47,932 nucleotides of DNA from a virus (lineage: Duplodnaviria; Caudoviricetes): the IMG/VR virus record IMGVR_UViG_3300005739_000007, positions 1 through 47,932 of that record. One strand, given 5' to 3'. Within the stretch, counting starts at the first letter, position 1; every line of letters starts with the position of its first letter. Shown here one piece after another: positions 17,791-27,150 of the stretch. The notes beneath the pieces were generated by a model. The model ran no database searches and was not told the DNA's origin. It saw only the letters and a list, made by a program, of their open reading frames with translations. The position numbers were made by a program, and so were the translations under genes.

Positions 17791-18261
17791 TTATCTAATT
17801 TTTAAAGTGCTCATATCATTTAATTTTGATTGTGGTACGAAATATGCAGGAGGTCTATCTCCATATGTTTTTTTCCATTCTTCTTTTTTTGCATCGATAC
17901 CATTTATCCAACCCATCACATTATAAACTCCATTTTTGCCAATAGCAAGAATATAAATTGCATCATCATTGTCATTGTCTCTAACAATTAAATCATAATA
18001 ATTTTTTGATCGTGTTCTTACTTGAATACCTTGTAAATCATTAGCTTTCCAAGTATTTACAGAACCATCCCAATAAATATTTAAAAATTTAGCAACAGCA
18101 AGTTCTCCAAGCGCCCCTTCAATATTGAGTTGCCATCCATGTTCACCATCATATCCATAGGCATCTTTTTTATCTTGTGCGATTGCGAAATAATGTCTTA
18201 AGCCTCCAATACGAACGCCAGATCCAATTTCTTGACTAGTTAATTTTACTGAATTTTTCAT
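17791..18261 (-). CDS. Hypothetical protein, possible PD-(D/E)XK-like nuclease
   Basis: EGALGELAVAKFL...DL..IQVRT pattern; likely start MKNSVK at 18261. Confidence 0.55.
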   Translation of the reverse strand: MKNSVKLTSQEIGSGVRIGGLRHYFAIAQDKKDAYGYDGEHGWQLNIEGALGELAVAKFLNIYWDGSVNTWKANDLQGIQVRTRSKNYYDLIVRDNDNDDAIYILAIGKNGVYNVMGWINGIDAKKEEWKKTYGDRPPAYFVPQSKLNDMSTLKIR

Positions 18262-18262
18262 T

Positions 18263-19021
18263 TTATAAACTATCGTTAAATTCCTTCCATGACTCCATAC
18301 AAAATTCTCGGCTACCAAAATGTCTTAACTCTGGTTTTTGAAATGTAGTTCTATTAAGAATACAACGATAGGTCATATAAGATTTGAAATCTTTACGATC
18401 ACGATAATAAATGGTTTTAGATGAAATAATTTCATGATCTTTAATTGTTTCTTGAATATGATTAATTAATAGCCCATCAAATGGTAAACCATTATTCTCA
18501 ATAAAATATGTAGGATCTGTAAAATCTAATTCTGGTACACACTGACGGCCATATAAAAGATTATAATAAACATATGAATCATAAAATGGTACCGCTAAAG
18601 CAAGATTCTTACTCCAGTTTTCTTTGAGTGTTTTAAAATCAAGTCTTGGGCGACCACTATAAATTCCATCCGTAGAAGAAATATTATGCAGTTTAATTAA
18701 ATCATTAAAAGAACCTTTTGTAGAAAAAATAATAAACTTGCTCTCAGTTAATTCTGATTCTGGTGTTTTGTCAGTGATATCTCTACAAACACTAACCCTA
18801 TAACCAAATCGTAAATCAAGTTTAGCTTTCTTAGCATTTTCATATGCTTCTACTAATCCAGTTAAAGTATTATCTACAATAAAAACTTCGGATAATTCGT
18901 AATCGTTACAAATATCAAAAATCGAATCTGGTTGATTTTGTAAACGACTTTCTTTTTCTGTTGCTGGGTCTAATGTTAAAACAGAAGTAAGAGAATAATT
19001 TGATCTAAAAATTGGTAGCAT
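18263..19021 (-). CDS. Stand-alone degenerate PHP domain of DnaE
   Basis: RSNYSL.S.L, FIVDN.LTG.VEAY..AKK..L..RFGY, LIKL...SS.DG.YSGRPRLD match the DnaE N-terminus; start 19021 supported by an upstream promoter. Confidence 0.8.
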   Translation of the reverse strand: MLPIFRSNYSLTSVLTLDPATEKESRLQNQPDSIFDICNDYELSEVFIVDNTLTGLVEAYENAKKAKLDLRFGYRVSVCRDITDKTPESELTESKFIIFSTKGSFNDLIKLHNISSTDGIYSGRPRLDFKTLKENWSKNLALAVPFYDSYVYYNLLYGRQCVPELDFTDPTYFIENNGLPFDGLLINHIQETIKDHEIISSKTIYYRDRKDFKSYMTYRCILNRTTFQKPELRHFGSREFCMESWKEFNDSL

Positions 19022-19028
19022 CTTTGGT

Positions 19029-19057
19029 AAGATAACAATACTTTGTTTAAAAGTCAA
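19029..19057 (-). promoter_or_regulatory. sigma-70-type promoter TTGACT-17-TATCTT, 7 nt before ATG 19021
   Basis: Read directly from the sequence. Confidence 0.65.
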
Positions 19058-20036
19058 AATCTTTATTTGATTCTTTCCAAACTGGGCAACCTTCATATTG
19101 CCTAGTTTCAATTCGATATTCCGATTTCAGATCTTTCTCTTTAAATTCCTCATTAGCAAAAATAGATTTAATAATTTTTCCATCTTTATCAATAAGAACT
19201 TTATATTCAATAGGATCTAAATATGGGCATCGCCATCCAGACTTTGTTTTACACATCCATTTTTTACTAAACTCATGGGCGGCGAAGTTAGATTTTGCTT
19301 TTTTCTCGTCAAAATTTTTCAGATATTCGCTAATGTATTCAAGATAATGCTCAAACCCACGAAGCTCTTCTTCATTAAAATGTGGACATTCTCGTTCTGG
19401 ATCATCTGGATAGCGTAAAAACAAAAACTTAACTAAAACATCTTTTTGTTTTTGATATTTTTTCCGAACAGCTAATGAATACATCATTCCTTGCAAATTA
19501 CTTTCAAGCTCATCTCCTTTAAAAGCTTTTTTGCTAGACTTAAAATCACGAATAATCATTTGCTTTTTATCTTTAAATATGCGATCAACAAAACCGCCAA
19601 TTCTATATTTTGGTTCTTCACTTGTGATATCGAATTCCCATTCGGACCCAATAAGCTTATAATCTCCAATAAAATCAAATTTTAACCCAACAAGAATCAT
19701 TTCATCAATACATTTAAGATTGGTAATTTCTTGACCACTCTTTTTTAGTGGGGCGACCATCTCATCTAAATTTAATCCTTCACGTTTGGCTGCCTTTAGA
19801 ATTAATTTAAAAATTGCAGGGTACTTGAGACATGTTTTACTTTTTACAATTTTTTTAACATAATGCTCGTGGCGAGGATTTGCTAATACTTCAAAGACTA
19901 AATGGGCAATTGAACCTCGCATTGCTCCAGAATTATTTTTTTGTGGTAGTTTAAGATTATAATTGCAATAATACATCCAAGAACATGATTGCAATGTTTT
20001 AATTCTACTAGCTGAAAGTTTGATTAAGTCACTCAT
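19047..20036 (-). CDS. PD-(D/E)XK exonuclease, RecB/Cas4-like
   Basis: LSASRI...C, GSIAH..FE, GFVDRI, RDFKSS, Q...Y, C-terminal cysteines; ATGA overlap supports start 20036. Confidence 0.88.
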   Translation of the reverse strand: MSDLIKLSASRIKTLQSCSWMYYCNYNLKLPQKNNSGAMRGSIAHLVFEVLANPRHEHYVKKIVKSKTCLKYPAIFKLILKAAKREGLNLDEMVAPLKKSGQEITNLKCIDEMILVGLKFDFIGDYKLIGSEWEFDITSEEPKYRIGGFVDRIFKDKKQMIIRDFKSSKKAFKGDELESNLQGMMYSLAVRKKYQKQKDVLVKFLFLRYPDDPERECPHFNEEELRGFEHYLEYISEYLKNFDEKKAKSNFAAHEFSKKWMCKTKSGWRCPYLDPIEYKVLIDKDGKIIKSIFANEEFKEKDLKSEYRIETRQYEGCPVWKESNKDFDF

Positions 20037-20455
20037 AATGGGTATGTTGGATCTACTTGAGTACAAGAGATTCCGTAAAATTTAAATATATCTACTGCTT
20101 TAATATCTCTATTATAAATATCTTTAAAAATAACATGCTTAATTCCATAGGCTGCAATATTGGTTGCACATGCGGAACATGGAAGTAATGTACAAGCTAA
20201 AATTTTACCTTCGCCCATTTTAATTCTTGCTAACGCATTGCTTTCGGCATGAATCATATATGGTCTTCTTGCATCACGATTATTCCAAAATTCTGGAGTT
20301 ACATTAACACCAGCTGCAAGACCATTGTAAGCAACAGATAAAACTTCATTATGATGTCCAAGAATACAAGCCCCAACCTTTTGAAAGGGGTCTTCTGATC
20401 GTTGCATGGCAATAGCTGCCAAATTCATTGCGTGTTCTTCCCAACTACTTCTCAT
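20033..20455 (-). CDS. dCMP deaminase
   Basis: RS.DP..KVGA, YNG, HAE.NA, PCSAC. Confidence 0.92.
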   Translation of the reverse strand: MRSSWEEHAMNLAAIAMQRSEDPFQKVGACILGHHNEVLSVAYNGLAAGVNVTPEFWNNRDARRPYMIHAESNALARIKMGEGKILACTLLPCSACATNIAAYGIKHVIFKDIYNRDIKAVDIFKFYGISCTQVDPTYPL

Positions 20456-21345
20456 AAGCCGGAATACCACTCCTTATTTTCTTCTATGGTTTGGTCACCA
20501 AAATCATTTTTAAATGGATGAAAAATAATAATTTGGGCGGGGTCAAAAAACTCTACAAGTGTTGAGCGTATTTTTGTAGCTGCTTTTTGCCCCGCCCTGT
20601 TTTCGTCATTGTTGGTAGCAATAACGATACTATCGGGATCAAGACGAATTATTGCTTTTAACAGGCCTCCACCAGCCTCAGTCCCGAAAGTTATTCCAGT
20701 ATTTTTAATACCACTTTCCCACAGGGAAAGCATATCACCAATGCTTTCAACAAGAATTAATTGTTTTGTTTCTTTAATAAATTGATGACTAAAAATAAAT
20801 GGATATGCCCATTCATTTTTGCGCCCAATATGTTTCCATTTAATTTTAGATTTACCTGTAACATCACGCCCCGAAAATCCTTGAATTTTTTTACGAGCAT
20901 CAAAAATTGGAAATACATATCTTTGATACATTTTTCCTTCTGTGCATAGCCCACCTTGAAAAATTTTTAATGTTTCATCACTAACCCCACGACGATTCCA
21001 GTAAGATCCGTCTTGTTTTAAATTAACAATATCATCATTAGAATAATATTTAGCACTTTTATTAAAAGGATCTTCTATATCATTATTAAATCCAGTATAG
21101 TATTTTGCTTTATCTTCTAAAATTTGTTCTACTTGTTTAATATCCTTAAGGTTAAGAGTTAATTTAAGAAACTCCTCTAAAGAAAAAACATGTCCTGTTA
21201 CAAAATCTTTTACAATATTGTTTTGTAAATAAATACCTACTGATCCAGGGTCATCGCCACCACGATAGCGAGCAGTACAAGTAAGATAAGTACCATAATT
21301 CCTAGGATTACACCCAGCATCTTTTAAAAGTTCTAAAAGTCTCAT
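20452..21345 (-). CDS. dnaG: DNA primase (Toprim) with degenerate zinc-binding domain
   Basis: RYVFPI, GFSGR, LVESIGD, NND..RAG..A, NDFGD; adjacent to the helicase. Confidence 0.85.
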   Translation of the reverse strand: MRLLELLKDAGCNPRNYGTYLTCTARYRGGDDPGSVGIYLQNNIVKDFVTGHVFSLEEFLKLTLNLKDIKQVEQILEDKAKYYTGFNNDIEDPFNKSAKYYSNDDIVNLKQDGSYWNRRGVSDETLKIFQGGLCTEGKMYQRYVFPIFDARKKIQGFSGRDVTGKSKIKWKHIGRKNEWAYPFIFSHQFIKETKQLILVESIGDMLSLWESGIKNTGITFGTEAGGGLLKAIIRLDPDSIVIATNNDENRAGQKAATKIRSTLVEFFDPAQIIIFHPFKNDFGDQTIEENKEWYSGL

Positions 21346-22814
21346 ATGATTTCTTCTTGAGGCTCGTTATTTGGACGATCAAAAATGTTTACATTTACTC
21401 CATTTTGATGATTAACTATATCTTGAAGCGTTCCTTTTTCTTCAACATGGAAATTTTCTACATTGAATGAAATAAAATTCTTACGATACACTGGACGGTT
21501 ATTTTCAATTACTCGAACAAGGTCATTATGACCATGAGCATGTTGACCTTGATAACGAGATGCAAGTTCAATCATCTTATGCGTTCCAAATTGTGCGCCA
21601 TCTTCCGCCTGTTCTTCAAGAGTCTTACGTCTAAAAATACCAACATATGCTGCAAACCATTGAAGACGATCTGATTGTGCAATTGCGCTAGAATCGTCCG
21701 CCCCATTTTCGGCGCTACGATTTAACTGGCAAGCCGTAAGAATTGGAATATTCATACGAACAGAAAGTTCTTTGAGACGATCTACTTTATCACCAATTAA
21801 TTGATACTCTTGTTTTCCTTTTTCCATTTCACCAGTCAATTTAATGTAATCATAAACAACAATTGCAGGATTACCACGACCAACCTGACCAAGATACCAA
21901 CGTTGAATAATTGATTCAATTTCTGCAATTGGTTTGCCAGCAACTTGTAAATGTTTTACTTTACCCTGAGCTTTCGCAAGTTCAGATTTTTTACTATTCC
22001 ATTTAGCCAAAAGTTCTTTATTGTTTTTAAAATTTCCTGTTTCAAGCCACCACATCGGAATACCAGTAATACTACTCGCAATACGAAAACGAATTACATT
22101 TGTTTGCATTTCTGTATCCAAAATAAGGGCTTGCATATTTGGATTAATTAAAGTTGCTTTAGAACAAATATCGCTAAGAATTGTTGACTTGCCATGCTTA
22201 GGGCGACTGACCCATGCATAAAGTTCTCCAGGTCTTAAACCTCCATACATCTTATTAAAAAGTTTGTATGGAGTAAGATATCCTGTTTCACTAATTGGGT
22301 TATTAGCCCTATCTTCAACCATCTTTTCAATATCGTGAAAAAGATCTTCTGGATTTGCTTCAAGATCATATGCAGTAACACGATCATTATACATTTTATC
22401 TGCTAATGAAATAATTTCATCTGGAGATTTATCTCCAGAGTTTTCCATAGCTTCTGCAATCATTGAAGCTGTTTCAGCAACTTCCCTACGAATTGTAATT
22501 GTTTTTAAATTTTTACACGCATCAATAAGTGACTTTTGACTTATTTTTAAAAAAGCAAGGCTTTCAATATAATCAAAAATATTAAAATCTTGTTTAAAGT
22601 TAATACCAAGATTTTTAATCTTTTCTCCAATTATTACAGCATCTAATGGTTGACCTTTCATGATTTGGCCTTTAATCACGCTAAAGATAGTTTTGTGACC
22701 ATTAGAAAAATCATTCTCATTAATAAAATGAGATACCTCAAAATAGACTTGAGGATACTTAAGAAAACCAGCAAGAACGTGTTTTTCTATTTGTACACTA
22801 CGAATTGAATTCAT
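21342..22814 (-). CDS. dnaB: Replicative DNA helicase (DnaB family)
   Basis: RPKHGKST, DTEM, VYDYIKL, CQLNR; N-terminal DnaB-like domain. Confidence 0.92.
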   Translation of the reverse strand: MNSIRSVQIEKHVLAGFLKYPQVYFEVSHFINENDFSNGHKTIFSVIKGQIMKGQPLDAVIIGEKIKNLGINFKQDFNIFDYIESLAFLKISQKSLIDACKNLKTITIRREVAETASMIAEAMENSGDKSPDEIISLADKMYNDRVTAYDLEANPEDLFHDIEKMVEDRANNPISETGYLTPYKLFNKMYGGLRPGELYAWVSRPKHGKSTILSDICSKATLINPNMQALILDTEMQTNVIRFRIASSITGIPMWWLETGNFKNNKELLAKWNSKKSELAKAQGKVKHLQVAGKPIAEIESIIQRWYLGQVGRGNPAIVVYDYIKLTGEMEKGKQEYQLIGDKVDRLKELSVRMNIPILTACQLNRSAENGADDSSAIAQSDRLQWFAAYVGIFRRKTLEEQAEDGAQFGTHKMIELASRYQGQHAHGHNDLVRVIENNRPVYRKNFISFNVENFHVEEKGTLQDIVNHQNGVNVNIFDRPNNEPQEEII

Positions 22815-22815
22815 T

Positions 22816-23412
22816 TTAAAGTTTATCTTTAATTACTGCATTGAAAGCTTTCTCAGCAAACTCTCTCATATTTTCTTGTTTATTGTCATCAGTAAAAGTT
22901 GGCCAAACAATTTTATAATCTGCACTGTTTTGAATAATTGAATCATTAATTGATTCGTCCATATTGGCTGGTGGCACTATTTCACCATTAATTGCAATTC
23001 TTTGCAAATGAATAAGTATATTATTTTCTTTTGCTTTTAGCCAGCTAACTTCATCTTGTTCATATTGTTGATAACGAACATCTGGTATAATACAGATATC
23101 AGGTTGAAATTTTCTAACTCTTTGATCGAGTAAGTTTGTCCAATATTTTCCTTCTGTTTGTTGACGTTTTACTTTGCCATACCAAACTAAAAACTCACGA
23201 AAAGTTGCTTTTTCTTCATTATTATCTGTGAACACGTTTAGCCCAAGATATTCTTCAATAAAATCTTTACAATCTTCTTTAAGAGGTTGAGCTAGAGAAG
23301 TCCTATAAATAGTTAAACCTTTAGATGCTCTAATAAGATTTTCAATCTCAAGTGCCAAACTGTCTTTACCTGATCTGGCTACACCAGCTATTCCAATATA
23401 CAATACGCTCAT
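22816..23412 (-). CDS. Deoxynucleoside monophosphate kinase-like P-loop protein
   Basis: IGIAGVARSGKDS, LAQPLKE, RE.L..YG..R, IPDVRY...E. Confidence 0.8.
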   Translation of the reverse strand: MSVLYIGIAGVARSGKDSLALEIENLIRASKGLTIYRTSLAQPLKEDCKDFIEEYLGLNVFTDNNEEKATFREFLVWYGKVKRQQTEGKYWTNLLDQRVRKFQPDICIIPDVRYQQYEQDEVSWLKAKENNILIHLQRIAINGEIVPPANMDESINDSIIQNSADYKIVWPTFTDDNKQENMREFAEKAFNAVIKDKL

Positions 23413-23418
23413 ACATAT

Positions 23419-23447
23419 ATGATAACGAAACTTATTTTAATATTCAA
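23419..23447 (-). promoter_or_regulatory. sigma-70-type promoter TTGAAT-17-TATCAT, 6 nt before ATG 23412
   Basis: Read directly from the sequence; heads the kinase-helicase-primase operon. Confidence 0.7.
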
Positions 23448-23448
23448 G

Positions 23449-23862
23449 CTAAATTTCTATATCAAATTTTTCTTTTATCCACTCTGGGCTTAATAAATGA
23501 ATTTCATTTTCAAATACTTCTATAATTTTAAATCCATTCATTTCTAACCAAGAATATTTTTGTAAATCTCTTTTAACGCTATTTTTGAATCCAGTTTTTG
23601 TTTTATGAAAATGTTTAACAAACTTATCATGTTGAAGCCCATGGGTTTCTACAGCTATTTTTTTTGTAAAATTAATAAGATCACATTTCATTCTTGTACC
23701 AAAGACAGGAAATTCTTCAACTACAACATGAGTATTCCAACAATGCTCAAAAAATTTTTTTACATTAAATTGAACTTTACTTTTACATGGCTTATTCCAA
23801 TCAATTAAAAATTTATTGATTGTTTTATTAACTTCTTTACCAAAAATATTTTTAAATTTCAT
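23449..23862 (-). CDS. DUF559/Vsr-like endonuclease
   Basis: EEFPV...CD....KIAVE.HG.QH...RD..K..W.E.NG. Confidence 0.75.
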   Translation of the reverse strand: MKFKNIFGKEVNKTINKFLIDWNKPCKSKVQFNVKKFFEHCWNTHVVVEEFPVFGTRMKCDLINFTKKIAVETHGLQHDKFVKHFHKTKTGFKNSVKRDLQKYSWLEMNGFKIIEVFENEIHLLSPEWIKEKFDIEI

Positions 23863-24376
23863 TTAATTTATTTGTAATAAGATCTTTATTATTAATAATA
23901 ATTTTTTCAGTAGAAAATTCTGGGATTAAATTAAATTCATCTATTAATTTTGAAAAGTCTGTCCAAACTATAGATCCTTCCGCTTTAGGATTATAAATAT
24001 TATCTACTAAATATTGCACAATTGTATCATGTTCTGTGGTAATAAATCCATGTGCAAAATTTTTAGGTACATACAATTCATCACCTACTTTCATTTTAAA
24101 AATATGTAATTTAAAATAATTTTCAGTATTTTTTCGTAAATCAACGACAAAATCTATAATGCCACCTTGAATCAGCTTAACAAGTTTTGACTGTGCATAT
24201 GGATTTATTTGAAAATGTAAACCTCTTAATGTAAATTTTCTATTATTAATAGAGATATTTGATTGTATCCATTTATTAGAAAAATCATTTAATGATAATG
24301 GCGCAAATGCTCCACGATGATCATAAAAAATTTCTTTATTAATTAAGACGGGATTTTCTAAACAAATTTCAGACAT
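23852..24376 (-). CDS. rmlC: RmlC-like NDP-4-keto-6-deoxy-sugar 3,5-epimerase
   Basis: DHRG.F, Q.N.S, LRGLHFQ, Q.KLV, DLRK, FAHGF, Y.V.N.Y. Confidence 0.9.
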   Translation of the reverse strand: MSEICLENPVLINKEIFYDHRGAFAPLSLNDFSNKWIQSNISINNRKFTLRGLHFQINPYAQSKLVKLIQGGIIDFVVDLRKNTENYFKLHIFKMKVGDELYVPKNFAHGFITTEHDTIVQYLVDNIYNPKAEGSIVWTDFSKLIDEFNLIPEFSTEKIIINNKDLITNKLNEI

Positions 24377-24384
24377 ATCTAAAA

Positions 24385-24942
24385 TTATTTTTTAGAGATA
24401 ACTGTTAAACCATTATTTTTACTAAAATGTTCTAACACTGACCATTCCGGATTTGCAGCTATAAATTCTTGAATAGCTTTCCATAAGCCTGGTCCCAAAT
24501 GTTCTTTTGGCTGTCCATCATATTGCTCTTGATCTATATTTTTAAATATTTCGGTATCATGAAAAACGATATATTTATTTACATTTTTACCATGTAAATT
24601 TAATTCTGTTTTTAATTGTTTGTAAGTATGTAAAGTATCTATAAATAATAGATCAGTATTTTCTATTGAATTATTTGTGGTGTCTTGCAATAAGAATTCA
24701 AAATTAATCTTTTCTTCTTCAGCAAGTTTTTTAGCAATTTCAATATTTGGATGATAAGCAATATCTATAGATTTTAAATATTTAGGTCTACCTAATAAAA
24801 ATGCCCAAGTAGAAACTACAGATCTAACACCCATTTCTGTGATATGGTCACATTTTTCTGCATACTTTTTTAAAGTAGGTAAATGCTCATTAATATCAGA
24901 TTTTTCATTACATAAATTATTATAAATATCAATTATTTTCAT
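24385..24942 (-). CDS. Class I SAM-dependent methyltransferase (Methyltransf_24-like)
   Basis: EMGVR..VST, SID, DLLFIDTLHTY, IVFHDT, NGL. Confidence 0.82.
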   Translation of the reverse strand: MKIIDIYNNLCNEKSDINEHLPTLKKYAEKCDHITEMGVRSVVSTWAFLLGRPKYLKSIDIAYHPNIEIAKKLAEEEKINFEFLLQDTTNNSIENTDLLFIDTLHTYKQLKTELNLHGKNVNKYIVFHDTEIFKNIDQEQYDGQPKEHLGPGLWKAIQEFIAANPEWSVLEHFSKNNGLTVISKK

Positions 24943-25598
24943 TTTTTTAAATCCTCATATAAATCATTTATTGTATATGGAGACTGAACTAATTTCCATT
25001 TTAAATCTAAATGCGTAACAATTAAAAGTGGTATTTTATCAATTGGATAAATTTTATTGATTCCACAATCAAAATAAACATTTGACGCCCCTGTTTCAAG
25101 TTTACCATACCCATTGCGGGCGCACGGTTTTATTAAATAATTTCCAGAATCAATACATTTTTTTAATTGTTTTTTACTTAAAAAGTAGCTTGCTTGATGA
25201 TGATTTGTCGTCTCAAATAAATTATTATCAATTTTTTTTAATTTTGGTCCATTTAATATAGCTGCAAAATCAATTAGTTGACCACTTTCTTCTCTAATTA
25301 AACCTATAGGATTATGTTCTCCATATATATCAAAGTTTTTAAATAAAAATTTTAAAGTATCTTCTGAATAAAAAATATCGTTTTCAGTAAATACAAAATA
25401 ATCATAATTATCAATATTTTGTGCAAAATATTCTCTATGTTGAAATGGTAAATCTTCTCCAATGGATTGTTCATAAATAAAATCTCCATCCTTGGTAGAA
25501 AAAATTTTAACATCAAAAACAGTATCTTTAAAACAATCCTTAACAATCGGAACTGTTTTCCTTCCACCAAAATCAGCGATTGCAACTAAAATTTTCAT
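24939..25598 (-). CDS. Putative GT-A fold glycosyltransferase-like protein
   Basis: YDYFVFTENDI (DxD-like); lies inside the GT cluster. Confidence 0.5.
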   Translation of the reverse strand: MKILVAIADFGGRKTVPIVKDCFKDTVFDVKIFSTKDGDFIYEQSIGEDLPFQHREYFAQNIDNYDYFVFTENDIFYSEDTLKFLFKNFDIYGEHNPIGLIREESGQLIDFAAILNGPKLKKIDNNLFETTNHHQASYFLSKKQLKKCIDSGNYLIKPCARNGYGKLETGASNVYFDCGINKIYPIDKIPLLIVTHLDLKWKLVQSPYTINDLYEDLKK

Positions 25599-25607
25599 AA
25601 TTTGAAT

Positions 25608-26405
25608 TTACCAAGGAGTGCCTCTTTTTAAAATTGTATAAACAAAATCATTTATAGACATATTATGCTTCATATAAAACTGTAAATCCCCATTATTATG
25701 AACAAAATCTTTGTTAGCAGTTGTTTTGCACATAAAATGATATACTAAACTAGCCCCTACACCAATAAAATTTCGTACTCCTATATCATATAACTTTTTT
25801 GCAATATCTGGATCGCTACCAAATCCAGGAGAAAATTCTTCTGAGTAACCACCTATTGTTTCCCATAAATCTTTATGTATCATATTTGGTGGCCATGTAG
25901 AACCATTCATATTTGGTTTCAAAGTTTTTAAGAATGATAAATCATTTAATAAACGACCCAATTCAAAGTTATCAATATCTAAACCATAATTATATGGAGC
26001 TAAACAACATATATTATTATCCTTTGGTTCTATCATTGTACTTGAAATTAAAGATTCTTTTGGTATATTATTAAGTTCACAAAATTTAAAGATTTCTAAA
26101 TCCCATTCAGGCAGTGCAAACATGTCATCATTAAAATAAAATATCAAATTTTTTGATGATAATTCGTAAGCCCTATTCATTGCTTTACAAACCCCGATAT
26201 TTTCTTTTGAATATGAAAATTTAATATTATTATTTATAGCATAATCTAATGTTCCGTCATTACCTTCATTTATATGAAGAATAATTTCATGATTAAAATT
26301 ACTATATTTTTGAAGTGATTCAATACATTTTGTTACATATTTAAAATTATTCCAAGTTGGAATAAGTATTGAACATCCTTGTTCTATGTCATTACTAATT
26401 TTCAT
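25608..26405 (-). CDS. Glycosyltransferase family 2
   Basis: SILIPTWN, N.G...AMN, FNDD, IGGY.E.F, D.D, VYH. Confidence 0.9.
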   Translation of the reverse strand: MKISNDIEQGCSILIPTWNNFKYVTKCIESLQKYSNFNHEIILHINEGNDGTLDYAINNNIKFSYSKENIGVCKAMNRAYELSSKNLIFYFNDDMFALPEWDLEIFKFCELNNIPKESLISSTMIEPKDNNICCLAPYNYGLDIDNFELGRLLNDLSFLKTLKPNMNGSTWPPNMIHKDLWETIGGYSEEFSPGFGSDPDIAKKLYDIGVRNFIGVGASLVYHFMCKTTANKDFVHNNGDLQFYMKHNMSINDFVYTILKRGTPW

Positions 26406-27150
26406 TATCTTTTTGTAAAATTGGTTTAGAATATCCTGTCATATTATAATATGAATAATTTATTTCTATTCTATTTTGGTCATAATCCCATAGAAAAGAA
26501 CACGCTCCAAAATGTTTTTGATGATATTCTATTTTCAAACGACTTCTAAAATTACTTAACCATGAGTAATGCTTAATAAATGTTAATTCTTCCGGTATCT
26601 CTTTAACGTTTAAAGTTTTACAATAAAGTCCATTATTATAATATATTTCACAATCCCATGCAAAATTTTTTATACCACCATTAATTTGATTATTAAAAAT
26701 TCTTACAAATTTAACAGAATAAAATGTATTTTTATCATGAAAATAATTTTTAAAATATAGTTCATATGAAGGAACTGTATTATGTTCTTTTAAAAATTTA
26801 ATAGTATTTTCGATATCTTCAATAGAATATATTTCGTCTGAATCCACCAGCCAAAGAAAATCAATGGTATGATTTTTTAATAATGGTTCTAAGGCAACAC
26901 TTCTAAGAATATGTTCTTTTTTAAATTTTGGCTCATTAAAAAAATAATCGATTTTTTTATCATCATACAATTTTTTTAAATATTCTGTTGTTCCATCTTC
27001 TTCGATTCCTTCTATCGGAAACTCCTCAAATGGAGCAGAAATTACAGAAATGTTTATATTGTATTTATTTTTTAGTTCTAACCATGGAGATATTGAATCT
27101 TTAACATATTCAATAGTATTATATCCACAATATATAACCCCAATATTCAT
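26395..27150 (-). CDS. Glycosyltransferase (GT2-like)
   Basis: WLVDSDE DxD motif, RIF, IKHYSW. Confidence 0.75.
   Translation of the reverse strand: MNIGVIYCGYNTIEYVKDSISPWLELKNKYNINISVISAPFEEFPIEGIEEDGTTEYLKKLYDDKKIDYFFNEPKFKKEHILRSVALEPLLKNHTIDFLWLVDSDEIYSIEDIENTIKFLKEHNTVPSYELYFKNYFHDKNTFYSVKFVRIFNNQINGGIKNFAWDCEIYYNNGLYCKTLNVKEIPEELTFIKHYSWLSNFRSRLKIEYHQKHFGACSFLWDYDQNRIEINYSYYNMTGYSKPILQKDNEN

Noticed and set aside
19047-19062. C-terminal DFDF of the nuclease as an SSB-like interaction tail
   Set aside because: These codons contain the TTGACT -35 box of the next gene, which explains the sequence just as well.
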